A stretch of 64,000 bases of DNA. Origin: Candidatus Palauibacter denitrificans (GTDB lineage Bacteria; Gemmatimonadota; Gemmatimonadetes; Palauibacterales; Palauibacteraceae). Every line of letters starts with the position of its first letter. Position 1 is the stretch's first letter. Below, one piece after another: positions 9,590 to 20,800 of this stretch. The notes beneath the pieces were generated by a model, which was not told the origin of the DNA, did not search any database, and was given only the letters and a program-made list of their open reading frames with translations. Made by a program: the position numbers and the translations under genes. The DNA lies in contig VXMQ01000009.1 in the NCBI GenBank assembly GCA_009841015.1, positions 9,942 to 73,941 of the forward strand, in the 5' to 3' direction.

Positions 9590-10966
9590 GCCCTCGCGCG
9601 GCGGGCCGGAGAGCGGATAGACGGCCCCACCGCCCGGCTCCCCGGACTCGCTGGCCCCCTGCCGCAGCCCGTTGCGCGTATCGACGATGATCCGCGCCTT
9701 CTCGAGCACGAGACCGTAGTCCACCTGCGGGTGATCCGTGATGACGACCGTCGCGTGGCTCGATGCGAGCAAATCCGCCGTCATGGGCTGCGATTCGAGA
9801 TCTCCGCCCTCGAGCGCCAGCCGGGGTACGAACGGATCATGGTATGAGACCTCGGAGCCCTGCCGCCGCAGAAGCTCGATGACGTCGAGCGCCGGACTCT
9901 CGCGGACATCGCCGACGCCCGGCTTGTACGCGACGCCCAGCAGCAGGACGCGGCTGCCGTTCAGAGGCAGTCGATGCCGGTTGAGCGCCTGCGCGACGCG
10001 GTCCACGACATAACGCGGCATCTCCGCGTTGACCTCGGCGGCGAGTTCGATAAAGCGGGTCCGGTACTGGAGCGTCCGCATCTTCCAGGCGAGGTATTGC
10101 GGGTCGATCGGGAGGCAGTGGCCGCCCAGGCCGGGGCCGGGCGTGAAGCGCATGAAACCGTAGGGCTTTGTCGCCGCCGCCTCCACGACCTCGCCGATGT
10201 CGATCCCGAGACGGTCCGCGATCACCGCCATCTCGTTCACGAGACCGATGTTCACCGCACGGAAGGTGTTCTCCAGCAGCTTTGTGAGTTCCGCGACCTC
10301 GGGCGAGGAAACGCTTACGACCTCGTCGATGACCCGTCCGTAGAGACCGGCGGCGAGTTCGCGGCAGGAGGCGGTCAATCCGCCCACGACCTTCGCCGTG
10401 TTCGTGAAGGTGTAGGTGGGATTGCCGGGGTCGACTCGCTCGGGGCTGAAGGCGAGGAAGAACTCTTCCCCCGCGGTGAGTCCGCCGTGCTCGAGTTCCG
10501 GCTGCAGGAGTTCCCGGGTCGTCCCCGGCCAGGTGGTCGACTCGAGGACGATGAGCTGGCCGGGCCGCAGTCCCTCCCGGATGTGCCCGAGGGCGTCGAG
10601 AATGTGGGAAACGTCGGGGTCCCCGGTCTTCCCGAGCGGCGTGGGAACGCAGATGATGAGGGCGTCCATCTCCCCGAGTCGGCCGAAGTCCGTTGTCGCA
10701 TCGAGGAGGCCGCTCTCGACGGCGGCGGCGACGGCCCGCGCCGGGACATCGCCGATGTGGGAGTGGCCCCGCCTCACCCGTCGCACCACACGCTCGTCGA
10801 TGTCGAACCCCAGCGTCCGGAAGCCGGCGCCGGAGAACGCCGTGACGACGGGAAGGCCGACATAGCCGAGCCCGAGCACGCCCACCCGGGCCGCGCCCGA
10901 CTCGATCTTCTTCCGGAGCACCTCTCTGTGGTTCACCGCGTCCTCCGTTTCGGCGTCACTCCGCAT
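9479..10966 (-). CDS. Nucleotide-sugar dehydrogenase (UDP-glucose / UDP-N-acetyl-aminosugar 6-dehydrogenase family)
   Basis: Internal ATG at 10966. Motifs VGVLGLGYVGLPV and GGHCLPIDP. A ~60-aa low-complexity C-terminal tail runs into the 3' end of the convergent mltD-like gene. Confidence 0.9.
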   Translation of the reverse strand: MRSDAETEDAVNHREVLRKKIESGAARVGVLGLGYVGLPVVTAFSGAGFRTLGFDIDERVVRRVRRGHSHIGDVPARAVAAAVESGLLDATTDFGRLGEMDALIICVPTPLGKTGDPDVSHILDALGHIREGLRPGQLIVLESTTWPGTTRELLQPELEHGGLTAGEEFFLAFSPERVDPGNPTYTFTNTAKVVGGLTASCRELAAGLYGRVIDEVVSVSSPEVAELTKLLENTFRAVNIGLVNEMAVIADRLGIDIGEVVEAAATKPYGFMRFTPGPGLGGHCLPIDPQYLAWKMRTLQYRTRFIELAAEVNAEMPRYVVDRVAQALNRHRLPLNGSRVLLLGVAYKPGVGDVRESPALDVIELLRRQGSEVSYHDPFVPRLALEGGDLESQPMTADLLASSHATVVITDHPQVDYGLVLEKARIIVDTRNGLRQGASESGEPGGGAVYPLSGPPREGSAPDLKPIAGVDPGGGKAIPLDKLAGRYRMSAGDQP

Positions 10967-11456
10967 CCGCCGTCCAGGCGCCCGATCGTCCGCCGCGCTT
11001 CTCGAGGAGCCGAATCGGCCCCAGCGCCATGCCCCGGTCGATTGCCTTGCACATGTCGTACAGGGCAAGCAGGCCGGCCGCGACGCCGGCCATCGCCTCC
11101 ATCTCGACGCCCGTGCGCCACTCCGCCGAGGCCCGCACGCTGAGCCGGTAGCCGGGCGGCGTCTCCTCGGCTTCGAGGTCGACGTCGACCGCGTCGAGCG
11201 GGATCGGATGGCAGAGCGGGACGAGCGTGGACGCAGCCTTGGCCCCCTGGATCGCCGCGAGACGGGCCACGGCGAGCGCCTCTCCCTTTTCGATCTCGCC
11301 TGCCCGGATGGCATCGAGCGTTGCCCGGCGCATCCGAATCCGGCCCTCGGCCACGGCCACGCGCCGCGTGAGCGGTTTCTCGCCCACGTCGACCATTCGC
11401 ACCCGCCCCTCCGAGTCCAGATGTGTCAGTCCATCCACGAAGCTGCCTCCCGTCAC
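10956..11456 (-). CDS. moaC: Cyclic pyranopterin monophosphate synthase
   Basis: 166 aa with MVDVGEK, LVPLCHPI and EMEAM motifs. The GTG start shares GTGA with the holB stop (11453-11456). Confidence 0.93.
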   Translation of the reverse strand: MTGGSFVDGLTHLDSEGRVRMVDVGEKPLTRRVAVAEGRIRMRRATLDAIRAGEIEKGEALAVARLAAIQGAKAASTLVPLCHPIPLDAVDVDLEAEETPPGYRLSVRASAEWRTGVEMEAMAGVAAGLLALYDMCKAIDRGMALGPIRLLEKRGGRSGAWTADAE

Positions 11457-12664
11457 AGACTTCTGAGTACCCCCGCAAACTGCGGTGTTCCCGCCGTTCG
11501 GCCAGTGGAGCGGCCGGCGAAGGCCGCGCTCATCTCTTCGAGCAGGAGGGCCGTCGTCGACTGTGGATTCAGGTTGCGGCTCACCCCTTCCACCGCCGCA
11601 TCGACAGCCCCGAGGGCTTCGAGAACCGCTCCTTCGGCGGGGGCTCCGGCCGCCCCACCGGCGACCCGGCGTCCCGCCCCGCCGCCCCGTTTCACGCGAT
11701 CCGGATCGAGGGCGGCGTCCTCGGCCCCCGCGGCGACGCAGAGCATGTCCCGCAGGCGGATGCGCAGCGCCTCGAGCGCCGGCTCCAGCTCCCCGCGCGC
11801 GCCACGGGCGGAGTAGCGGGACGCGGCGCGGTAGCGCGCCTGCGGGGTACCGTCGAGCGCGGCGGCCAGCAGACCGTCCGCGGCGGCCTCCGATTCGCCG
11901 GCTTCCGCATCGGCGAGCACGCGGGCCCGGTAGACGGCGCCGCCGGCCCGCCGTGCCACGCCCCGCGCCCGGTCCTCGTCGCCGACGCCGAGGTGCTTCG
12001 CCACATAGGCCGCCACGCGTTCGGTCGGGAGCGGCGCCACGCGGAGCGGCACCGTGCGGGACCGGATTGTCGGCAGAAGGGCATCCGGCCGGCTGCTCGT
12101 GAGCACGATGTACGCGAACGGCGGCGGCTCCTCCAGGAGCTTGAGGAAAGCGTTCGCCGCCTCGGGGCTGGCGCTCTGCGGCACCATTCGTTCGGCGTCC
12201 TCGATCACGAACACGGACCGGCGCGCCATCGAGGGACGCCGGGACGCCTGGTCCCGGATGTTCTCCACCGCGGCCACATAGAGCCCCGTGACCGCGTCGG
12301 CGTCCGGACGCGCATGGAGATCCTCCCGCAGGAGGGCGAGACGCTCGTGGCGTTGCGCCTCGATGGCCTCTCTCAGCCTGGCCCGCGAGGCGGCACGCTT
12401 CGGGCGCGGCATTGGGAAGTGGAGATGGACGTCCGGGTGCTCAAGCCGTGCCGCCATGCGGCAGTTCCGACACCCTTCGCACGGTACATCCCCGGCGTCC
12501 GCCACCTCGCACTGGAGCGCACGCGCGAGCCACAGGGCCAGCGAACGCTTGCCGACACCCTCCGGGCCGTGGACGAGCAGCGACTGCGGCAGTCTCCGGC
12601 CCGCGACGGCGCCTGCCAGACGTCGGAGGAGGTCGTCCTGCCCCCACGGGCGCTCGCACTTCAC
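11453..12664 (-). CDS. holB: DNA polymerase III subunit delta'
   Basis: LLVHGPEGVGKRSLA P-loop and the Zn module CEGCRNC. Start placed at GTG 12664, which overlaps the TGA of the upstream M23 gene (GTGA). The track ORF 11453..13015 extends further upstream through overlap sequence. Confidence 0.85.
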   Translation of the reverse strand: MKCERPWGQDDLLRRLAGAVAGRRLPQSLLVHGPEGVGKRSLALWLARALQCEVADAGDVPCEGCRNCRMAARLEHPDVHLHFPMPRPKRAASRARLREAIEAQRHERLALLREDLHARPDADAVTGLYVAAVENIRDQASRRPSMARRSVFVIEDAERMVPQSASPEAANAFLKLLEEPPPFAYIVLTSSRPDALLPTIRSRTVPLRVAPLPTERVAAYVAKHLGVGDEDRARGVARRAGGAVYRARVLADAEAGESEAAADGLLAAALDGTPQARYRAASRYSARGARGELEPALEALRIRLRDMLCVAAGAEDAALDPDRVKRGGGAGRRVAGGAAGAPAEGAVLEALGAVDAAVEGVSRNLNPQSTTALLLEEMSAAFAGRSTGRTAGTPQFAGVLRSL

Positions 12665-13917
12665 GGGCGGCCCCTCAGCCACCGGACCGGATCCACCGCG
12701 CGGGGCCCCACCGCCCCCGGTTCGTAGATCTGGAACTCGATATGCGGCCGGGTGGCGTCCCCGCCCACGTGTCCGATCGCCTCTCCCTCGCCGACCGGCT
12801 GTCCCTCGCGCACCGTGACGTCGCGGAGCTTCTGATAGGACGAGTAGAAGCCTCCGCCGTGGTCGAGGATCACCGTCTGCCCCGAGGCGCGCGCCGCCAC
12901 GGAAGCGACGGTGCCGCGGTCTACCGCGTACACGGGCGTGCCGCGCGGCGCCGCGATCCCGATCCCTTCGCGCGGGATTGTCGTGCGTCCTTCCCGCTCG
13001 GGCCCGAAGCGCCACAGGATCTCGCCCTCGACGGGCCAGGCGAGGCGACCGAGGTCCCCGGTCGTCAACGATGAGATCGATGACGTTCCGGCCGCGCGTT
13101 CCGCCGATCGGCGTCGTTCTTCCAGTCCTCCGATGAGCGCGCGCAGTTCGGCCTCTTCGGCCGCCAGCCGGGCCAGCGTCGACTGCGCCTCGTCGCGGCG
13201 GTCGGCGAAGCGGCGCAACCGCTCCTGCCGCTGCCCCTCCAACCTCTCCAGTTCGTCGTACTCCCGGAGGTGCTCCGCCCGCACCCCGGTGATGCGGGCG
13301 CCTTCCCGGCTCAACCCGCCGCGCTGGTCCGCGAGCCTGCCCTCCAGGTCCCTCACGTCTTCAAGGAGCATGCGGTCGAAGACGGCGACGTCGCGGAGGT
13401 ACCGGTAGCGATTGAGGAGGTCCGAGAACGACCGCGAGGAGAGGAGCACCTCGACGGTGCGGAGGGGGCCGCGCTTGTAGATGTCGCGGAGCCGCGTCCG
13501 CAGCACGACCCGGCGCGCCGTGAGTTCGTCGCGCGTGAGCAGCATCTCGCGCGTCATGGCCGTGAGTTGGTCGGAGAGCGCGAGCACCTGAACGTCGAAC
13601 TCGGCCAGGAGGCTCGCGGAGGCGTCGATCTGGCGTTCGATGTTCACGAGTTCGGCCGAATCGCCGCTGACCTCGCCGGCGATCCCCTGGAGTTCCCGTC
13701 GCAGCCGCTGCCGCTCTTCGCGGATGAGGTCGAGCCGCGCCTGGCTCTCGTCCAGGCGTCGCCGCACATCCGGCGACTCCTGGGCGATCGCACGGGCGGG
13801 CTCTGTCCACGTCGGGCTCGTCGCGACGGCGACGCTCATGGCCGCGACGAGCCGCGCCGTCCACGCACGGCATCGCGCCGGGGCGGGGGGGTGGCACGGG
13901 CTGCTAGGACGGGCCAT
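12661..13917 (-). CDS. M23 (LytM) family peptidase with a long coiled coil, EnvC-like murein hydrolase activator
   Basis: Coiled-coil N-half and a C-terminal M23 domain (GIGIAAPRGTPVYAV, ILDHGGGFYSSY, PHIEFQI). It lies directly downstream of ftsEX. Start is ATG 13917 (14-nt overlap with ftsX) or ATG 13839. Confidence 0.85.
   Translation of the reverse strand: MARPSSPCHPPAPARCRAWTARLVAAMSVAVATSPTWTEPARAIAQESPDVRRRLDESQARLDLIREERQRLRRELQGIAGEVSGDSAELVNIERQIDASASLLAEFDVQVLALSDQLTAMTREMLLTRDELTARRVVLRTRLRDIYKRGPLRTVEVLLSSRSFSDLLNRYRYLRDVAVFDRMLLEDVRDLEGRLADQRGGLSREGARITGVRAEHLREYDELERLEGQRQERLRRFADRRDEAQSTLARLAAEEAELRALIGGLEERRRSAERAAGTSSISSLTTGDLGRLAWPVEGEILWRFGPEREGRTTIPREGIGIAAPRGTPVYAVDRGTVASVAARASGQTVILDHGGGFYSSYQKLRDVTVREGQPVGEGEAIGHVGGDATRPHIEFQIYEPGAVGPRAVDPVRWLRGRP
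13892..13906 (-). repeat. Copy of the 15-nt motif TAGCAGYCCGTGSCA; its TAG is the ftsX stop codon
   Basis: The minus strand reads TAGCAGCCCGTGCCA. Confidence 0.6.
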
Positions 13918-14770
13918 ACGCGCGTCCCACTTCGCGGTGCACGGAGGAGGCGGCGGCGAGCAGGCCGAGAACGGCGGCGGCGGCGACGCCCGCCGCGGTC
14001 CAGGCGTGCGGGAGCCACGCGAGAGACTCGACGGCCACGAAACGCGCCGGGAAGACGATGTACGCGAGTCGCGTGACGCCGAGCGCGAGCAGCCCGCCTG
14101 CGAGCCCGGTGACCGCGCCTTCGAGGAGGAAGGGCCGCTGGATGTACCCCTCCCGCGCACCCACGATCTGCATGATCTCGATCTCTTCGCCGCGCGCGAG
14201 AACGGCCATGCGGACCGTCGTGACGATGAGCAGCACGGCGACGAGCGCGAACCCGCCGCCCAGGGCGAGCGCGATCCCCGCCGCCGCGGTCCGCAGCGCG
14301 AAGAGCCGCTCCACCCACTCGTCGCCGAAGCGCGCCTCCTCGATGAACGGATATGCCGCGAGGGCGCGCGCGGTCTCCGACACCGTTTCCGGTGTGCGGA
14401 AACCTTCCCGCAGCCTGAGGTGAAACGAGGCGGGAAGCGGGTTCACCTGCAGTGCCCCGTAGACGTTCGAGAACTCGACGAGATCGCGCCGCGCCCGCTC
14501 CAGCGCTTCGTCCTTCGAGACGTATCGCACCGATTCCACTGCCGGGAGCGCCTCCAACTCCCGCCGAGCGGCCCGCACCTGTTCCGGGCCGGCGTCGTCG
14601 AGCAGGTAGCCGACGACCTCCACGCGGCGTTCCACGTCGCCGATCGCCCCGCCGATATTGTGCGCGACGAGTCCGAACAGACCGAGGATCACGAGGCTGA
14701 GCCCGACCGCTCCGACGGAGAGGGCGCACAGCAGAGGTGTGCGCCGGAAGCCCGCGAGCGCCTCCCGCAT
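13904..14770 (-). CDS. ftsX: Cell division ABC transporter permease FtsX
   Basis: Internal ATG at 14770 (MREALAGFRR). Four TM segments and a periplasmic loop. Directly downstream of ftsE. Confidence 0.9.
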   Translation of the reverse strand: MREALAGFRRTPLLCALSVGAVGLSLVILGLFGLVAHNIGGAIGDVERRVEVVGYLLDDAGPEQVRAARRELEALPAVESVRYVSKDEALERARRDLVEFSNVYGALQVNPLPASFHLRLREGFRTPETVSETARALAAYPFIEEARFGDEWVERLFALRTAAAGIALALGGGFALVAVLLIVTTVRMAVLARGEEIEIMQIVGAREGYIQRPFLLEGAVTGLAGGLLALGVTRLAYIVFPARFVAVESLAWLPHAWTAAGVAAAAVLGLLAAASSVHREVGRAYGPS

Positions 14771-14775
14771 GGCTC

Positions 14776-15444
14776 TCACGCGGCGGAATCCCCGACGAGT
14801 CGTCCGTCCTGCAGCTCCAGTCGGCGAATCTCGCGGTGCCGGCGCACGAAATCCGCGTCGTGCGTGGCCATGAGCACGGCCGTGCCGAGGCGGTTCAACA
14901 TGCGGAACAGCTCGAACACCCCCCCGGAGGCGTCGGGATCGAGGTTCCCCGTGGGCTCGTCCGCGAGGAGGATGCGCGGTTCCGTGGCGAGGGCGCGCGC
15001 CACCGCGACCCGCTGCCGCTCGCCGCCCGACAGTTCCGAGGGTCTCGAGCTGGCGCGGGCGGCGAGCCCGACCTGACTCAGCAGCCGCTGGACGCGCCCC
15101 GCGATCTCGCGCCGCGGCGTCCCGATGACCTCGAGCGCGAAGGCCACGTTCTCCGCGGCGGTCATCCGTTCCAGCAGCTTGAAGTCCTGAAACACGAACC
15201 CCACGCGCCGCCGCAGCGCGGGGATGTCGCGGCGGCGGACCCGCCTCGAGTTGTAGCGCGAGACCTGAACCTCGCCTTCGGTCGGCCGGGTCTGGAAGTG
15301 GATCAGCTCGAGCACCGTCGACTTGCCCGCCCCCGACGGTCCCGTGAGGAAGGCGAACTCCCCCTTCCGAAGGCGGAACGAAACCCCGCGCAGCGCGTCT
15401 CCGGAGCGCGGGTAGGCTTTCGAGACGTCTCGCAGCGAGATCAT
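14776..15444 (-). CDS. ftsE: Cell division ATP-binding protein FtsE
   Basis: Walker A GPSGAGKST, ABC signature LSGGERQR and Walker B ILLADEPT. ATG 15444 shares ATGA with the pdxA stop. Confidence 0.95.
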   Translation of the reverse strand: MISLRDVSKAYPRSGDALRGVSFRLRKGEFAFLTGPSGAGKSTVLELIHFQTRPTEGEVQVSRYNSRRVRRRDIPALRRRVGFVFQDFKLLERMTAAENVAFALEVIGTPRREIAGRVQRLLSQVGLAARASSRPSELSGGERQRVAVARALATEPRILLADEPTGNLDPDASGGVFELFRMLNRLGTAVLMATHDADFVRRHREIRRLELQDGRLVGDSAA

Positions 15445-16397
15445 CTCGCGACGGCCCGCGCCGCGCAGAATCGGGCACAGAGGTCGATCGCCGCCCGCAT
15501 CGCTCCCGGGTCCGCGATCCCGCGGCCCGCGATATCCATGGCCGTGCCGTGGTCCGGAGAGGTGCGCGGGAAGGGAAGCCCGGCCGTCACGTTCACGCCT
15601 TCGTTCATGGCGATCGTCTTCAGTACCGCGAGACCCACGTCGTGGTAGGGCGTCACGACGAGGTCCGCCTCTCCCGAGAGCGCCTTCAGGAAGACGGTGT
15701 CCCCGGGGAAGATACCGAGGATGTCCAGCGCGGGGTCGGAAGCGAGCCGAGCGAGCGCCGGCGCGAACACCTCGGTCTCCTCGTCGCCGAACAATCCCCC
15801 CTCGCCCGCGTGCGGATTGAGCCCCGCGAAGGCGACGCGGGGCCGTTCGATCCCCCACCAGGCGCGCAGGGCTTCGATCGCGATCCCGGATCTGCGCGCG
15901 AAGAGGTCCGCGTCGAGCACCGACGGGACGTCGCGCAGGGGAAGATGCGCGGTAAGGAGTGCCAGGCGCAGAGATCCGCCGAGAGGTGTGCGCTCGGCGG
16001 ACATCATCATCGTGACCTCGTGCGCTCCGGCCAGCTCCTGGAGGAACTCCGTATGCCCCGGATGCGCGTACCCCGCGGCCCGCAGGGCAGCCTTGCTGAT
16101 GGGTGCCGTGACGATCCCGTCGATCTCGCCTGTCCGCGCCATGGCGACCGCCCGTTCGATGGCCCGCGCCGACAGCAGACCCGCGAGCCTCTCACCGCCG
16201 GCGGGGTCCCAGTCTCCGACCGTCTCCCGGGGCGCCCCCTCCAGACGGTCCTCCAACTCGCCGAGCGACCGCGGCCCCACGAGAACCGGTTCGATCCCGT
16301 CCGCGCCCGAGAACGAGGAGAGCGCCGCCGCGGTCACCTCCGGCCCGATCCCGCGCGGATCCCCCAGCGTGATCCCGAGGCGCGGCATGTGGGTCAT
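15441..16397 (-). CDS. pdxA: 4-hydroxythreonine-4-phosphate dehydrogenase
   Basis: 318 aa with GDPRGIGPE, HTEFL and TSPDHGTA motifs. Confidence 0.93.
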   Translation of the reverse strand: MTHMPRLGITLGDPRGIGPEVTAAALSSFSGADGIEPVLVGPRSLGELEDRLEGAPRETVGDWDPAGGERLAGLLSARAIERAVAMARTGEIDGIVTAPISKAALRAAGYAHPGHTEFLQELAGAHEVTMMMSAERTPLGGSLRLALLTAHLPLRDVPSVLDADLFARRSGIAIEALRAWWGIERPRVAFAGLNPHAGEGGLFGDEETEVFAPALARLASDPALDILGIFPGDTVFLKALSGEADLVVTPYHDVGLAVLKTIAMNEGVNVTAGLPFPRTSPDHGTAMDIAGRGIADPGAMRAAIDLCARFCAARAVAR

Positions 16398-16402
16398 CGT
16401 CC

Positions 16403-17782
16403 TCAGAATCTCACGTCGACGTACGTGTTGGAACGCACCTCCTGGAGGATGATGTCGATCTGCTTGCGGGTACGGAGGCTCTGCCGGATCTGGTCCCGCA
16501 CGTCGTTGAGCTCGATCGGGCCCTCGGGGCGGAACGTCAGGACGTGGACAAGCCCGAACTCGATGGGACCGCCGCGCTGCATCGGCAGCGGCCCGTAGAC
16601 CGTGCCGGGCGTCGGGGCGGTGAGTCCGGATTCGGCGCCCCCGCCCGTGAACTGGCTGACCAGGCTCGCGAGCGAGACGTCGTCGAAGCGGATCGCCTCG
16701 TCGGCCACCCGTCCGCGGAACACGGCCACGAGCCGTTCCGGGTCGGCGCCCGCCCGCAGGCTGTCCGCGATCTGGATCGCGAGCGTCCGGGCCTCCTCGA
16801 CGTCTTCGTCCGTGATCTCGGGGCGCAGGAGGATGTGACGCAGAAAACGCTCCGCCCCCCGCTGGCGCTCGATCTTGATGAAGTGGAGCCCGAACTGCGT
16901 CTGCACCGGTCCCACCGTCTGGCCGGGGCGCGCTCCCCAGGCGGCGTCGCCGAAGGGTTTCACGAGCAGTTCGCGACTCATCCAGCCCAACTCGCCGCCT
17001 TGCTCCCGGGTGCCTTCGTCGTCGGAATGGCGGCGGGCGAGTACCGAGAACTCCTCCTCGTTCACGAAATCGTTCTGAACGCGGACCGTGCGCGCCAGGA
17101 CGCTGTCCCGGGCCGCGCCGCTCGGATTCGGCGTGACCACGAGCCGGTTGAACGAGACGAGCGCGGGGCGCGGCGGCTGGTTCTGCGCGAACTCCTCGAA
17201 GGCGGCTTCGACCTCTTCCTCGCTGACGATGACGGATGGCAGGTCCGAGCGTTGCTCGAGTTCGATCCGGTAGGCCTGGCGCATTCCCTCGGCCTGCGCC
17301 TGCGAGCGCTGCATCTGCCGGAACTGGAGCATGTTCATGCCCGTCTCTTCCACCGCCAGCATCATCTCCTCGTCGGAGGAGAAGTTGGCCCGCGTCTCCG
17401 CGAAGTAGGCGTCCGCCATCTCCGTGACGCGGCCCTCGGGCACCGTAATGCCCGCGTTCCTCGCCTGCTGGAGATAGATGAGATCGTCGATCATCGCATC
17501 GAGCACTTCGCGGGCGAACGCTTCCCAGCCGTCGGTCCCTTCGAGCGGAACGCGCGCGCCGCGGGCCTGCAGCTGGTAGAGCGTGACCTGGATATCGGAC
17601 ATCAGGATCGCCGTGTCGCCTACCACGGCCACGATCCGGTCCAGCGTCTCCACGCCGGCGGGAAACTCCGCCGCCGCCACCGTGTCGGGCGCCGCAGGTT
17701 CGTTCTCCTGCAGCCCGGAGAGCGGCGCGCCGACGGCGAGCCCCGCTGCCAGCAGGCAGGCTCCGGCCCGGAAGGCCTTCAT
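16403..17782 (-). CDS. Periplasmic peptidyl-prolyl isomerase / chaperone (SurA/PpiD-like, parvulin domain)
   Basis: Internal ATG at 17782 gives a signal-peptide-like start (MKAFRAGACLLAAGLAV). A parvulin-type rotamase segment is present (GGELGWMSR..., FGLHFIKIE). Confidence 0.85.
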   Translation of the reverse strand: MKAFRAGACLLAAGLAVGAPLSGLQENEPAAPDTVAAAEFPAGVETLDRIVAVVGDTAILMSDIQVTLYQLQARGARVPLEGTDGWEAFAREVLDAMIDDLIYLQQARNAGITVPEGRVTEMADAYFAETRANFSSDEEMMLAVEETGMNMLQFRQMQRSQAQAEGMRQAYRIELEQRSDLPSVIVSEEEVEAAFEEFAQNQPPRPALVSFNRLVVTPNPSGAARDSVLARTVRVQNDFVNEEEFSVLARRHSDDEGTREQGGELGWMSRELLVKPFGDAAWGARPGQTVGPVQTQFGLHFIKIERQRGAERFLRHILLRPEITDEDVEEARTLAIQIADSLRAGADPERLVAVFRGRVADEAIRFDDVSLASLVSQFTGGGAESGLTAPTPGTVYGPLPMQRGGPIEFGLVHVLTFRPEGPIELNDVRDQIRQSLRTRKQIDIILQEVRSNTYVDVRF

Positions 17783-17804
17783 TCCACCATCGATATCGAT
17801 CACG

Positions 17805-20800
17805 CTAGACTCCTCCGGCGGTCGCCGGAACTCTGGTCTCCTTCGCCTCCGCGCGCCCCGGCGCCGCCAGGATCCCCAGGGCCTCCACCAGCATCGGGAG
17901 GAGGGGCTCCGTTCCCGCCCGTCGCAGGACCAACGATAACGGTTCCAGCCGCCGTACTTCAACGTGCAACTGGCGGTCCGCGAGCGCGTTCGTGAGGAGC
18001 CTGAGGCGCGGCGAGGCCGTCGCTTCGAACGAGATTCGGGCATCCTCGTCGGAGGCCCGGATCCAGTCCGCGCCGATCGACGCCCCGAGAATCCGGAGTT
18101 CCGCCGCCGCGAGGAGACGCGCCGCCGGGGGCGGAAGGCGACCGAAGCGATCCTCGAGTTCCGCGCGAAAGGCCTTCACCTCGTCCCACTTCGTGAGACG
18201 CGCCAGACGGCGATAGAGATGCATCTTCACCGGCGACCCGGCGACGTAGTCGTCGGGGAGGAACGATTCTCCGTCCACGGAGACCCGGGCCCGCGGCGCG
18301 GGGTCCGAGGATTCCCCCTTCAACCGTCTGAGCGTGCTCTCGACGAGCCGCTGCCAGGTCTCGATCCCCACCGCGGTGGCGAAGCCGCTCTGCTCTCCGC
18401 CCAGGAGGTTCCCCGCCCCCCGCAACTCCAGATCCTTGAGCGCGACCTCGTATCCGGAGCCCAGCTCCGTGTGGTGCTCGAGCACGCGCAGCCGCTCCGC
18501 CGCGTCCGGGGCGACATCGGAGGGGACGACGAGATAGCAGTAGGCGCGGCGGTGGGAGCGGCCGACCCGACCCCGCAGCTGGTAGAGCTGGGCGAGGCCG
18601 AAGTTGTGGGCCCGGTGGACGATCATGGTGTTCGCGGACGGGACGTCGAGCCCGTTCTCGATGATGGACGTGCAGATGAGGAGGTCGATCTCGCCGCGGA
18701 CGAAGCGGTGCATGACGTCCTCGAGTTCGCGCTCCGGCATCTGGCCGTGCGCGATGGCGGCCCGCGCTTCGGGCATCAGCCTTTCCACGCGGCTCGCGGC
18801 GGCATGGATCGTCTCGACGCGGTCGTGGACAAAGAACACCTGGCCGCCGCGGTCGAACTCGCGCCGCAGCGCCTCTTCCAGTATCCCGTCATCCCAGGAA
18901 AGCACGTGCGTGATGATCGGCATGCGGTTTCGGGGCGGCGTGCGGATCGTGGAGAGGTCGCGCAGCCCGCCGAGGGCCAGGTGAAGGGTCCGCGGGATAG
19001 GGGTCGCCGTGAGGGTGAGGACATCCACCGTCTCGCGGTACTCCTTCAGCCGCTCCTTCTGGCGGACGCCGAACCGCTGTTCCTCGTCCACGATGAGGAG
19101 GCCCAGGTCGCGGAATCCGACGTCGCGCGAGAGGAGCCGGTGCGTGCCGATGACGATGTCGATGGTCCCGGCTTCGAGGCCCGCGATGACCTCGCGCTGC
19201 TCACGCGGGGTGCGGAAGCGCGACAACCCGTCCACGTGCACGGGGAAGCCCGCGAGGCGCTCGCGGAAGGTGGCGAGATGCTGGTCCGCGAGGATCGTCG
19301 TCGGGGCGAGCACGGCGACCTGCGCGCCGTCCTGCACCGCCTTGAACGCCGCGCGGATCGCGACCTCCGTCTTCCCGAAGCCGACGTCACCGCACACGAG
19401 GCGATCCATCGGGACCGGCGCCTCGAGATCGCGCCGGACGGCCTCCCAGGCGCTGAGCTGATCCGGCGTCTCATCGTAGAGGAAGGCGGATTCCATCTCG
19501 CGCTGCCAGGCGGTCTCGGCCGGGAAGGCGCGGCCGGGCGACATCTTGCGTCGCGCATAGAGTTGGAGGAGTTCGACCGCCGTGGCCTCGATCGCGGCGA
19601 CGGTCCGGCTCCTGAGCTGCTTCCACTTTCGCCGGCCGAGCTTGTGAACCGCGGGCGGCCGGGCGTCGGAGCCGGCGGCGCTCCACCGTTCGATGAGGTC
19701 CAGCCGATAGTGCGGGAGCCTCAGGATCTCGCCGTCGGCGTAGCGGAGCTCCATCGTCTCGATCGTCTCGCCGCGCACCTCGACCCGCTGCAGACCCATG
19801 TAGCGGCCGATCCCGTGCTCCATGTGAACCACGTAGTCGCCGGGTTCGATGGCCGCGATGGATTCGATGGTCGCGGCGCCGCGCAGCCGGACGCGGTGGC
19901 GGCGATACCGTCGCCGGAACACCTCGTGATCCGTGAGGACGAGCAGGGTGCCCGGCACGCCGACTCTGAACCCGCCGCTGAGCGATCCGATGGCGAGGGC
20001 GACATCGCGGGCGAGCGCCGCGCCTCCACGTTCGGTGAGGATCTCCTCGAGCCGCTCGACCTGACCGTCGTTGTCGCAGAAGACGATGAGTCGTTCCCCG
20101 CGCGCCCGCGCCGTGCCGATCTCGGCCACGAGCCGCTTCATGTCGCGGTCTATGGCGGGCGGAGGCTCGACCGGCAACCGAATCGCGGTCGGCCGGGCCT
20201 GACCCGGCGCCGTGAATTCGAGGCGGCGGAAGGCGGCGAGCCGTCGCTCCCCTTCGGAAGGCGGGAGGACGAGAGACTCGGCCGGTTCCGCGCCGGTGCC
20301 GACGCGCTCCCTCGCGTCGCGGACCTCGTCCCACAGGCGTTCGCGCGCCCGAGCCCCCCCTGCCGGGTCGAGCGCCAGCACGAGCGCGGTCGGCGGTAGC
20401 GTCTCGAGGAGGGCACGGCGCTCCACGTCGCCCGGCGCTTCCGGGCCCTGCAGCGCGATCGGAAGGATCTCCACGCTCTCCAGGGTTTCGGTCGAACGCT
20501 GGGTGAGCGCGTCGAAGCGGCGCACCGACTCCACCTCGTCGCCCCACAGTTCGATCCGCAGCGGCGCCGGATGCCCGAACGGGAACAGGTCCACGATCCC
20601 GCCCCGGATCGCGTAGTCCCCGACTTCGCGCACCGTGTGCGTGCGACCGAATCCCATCTCCTCCAGGCGTCGGCCGAGTTCGGCCAGAGGGTGCGAGGCC
20701 CCCCGCCGGATCGTGAGGGCGAGGCTCGTGCCGTGACCGACGGGGATCGGCGCCCGCTCGGCGAGCGCCCGGGCCGTCGTCGTGAGAATGCGGCAGCGTC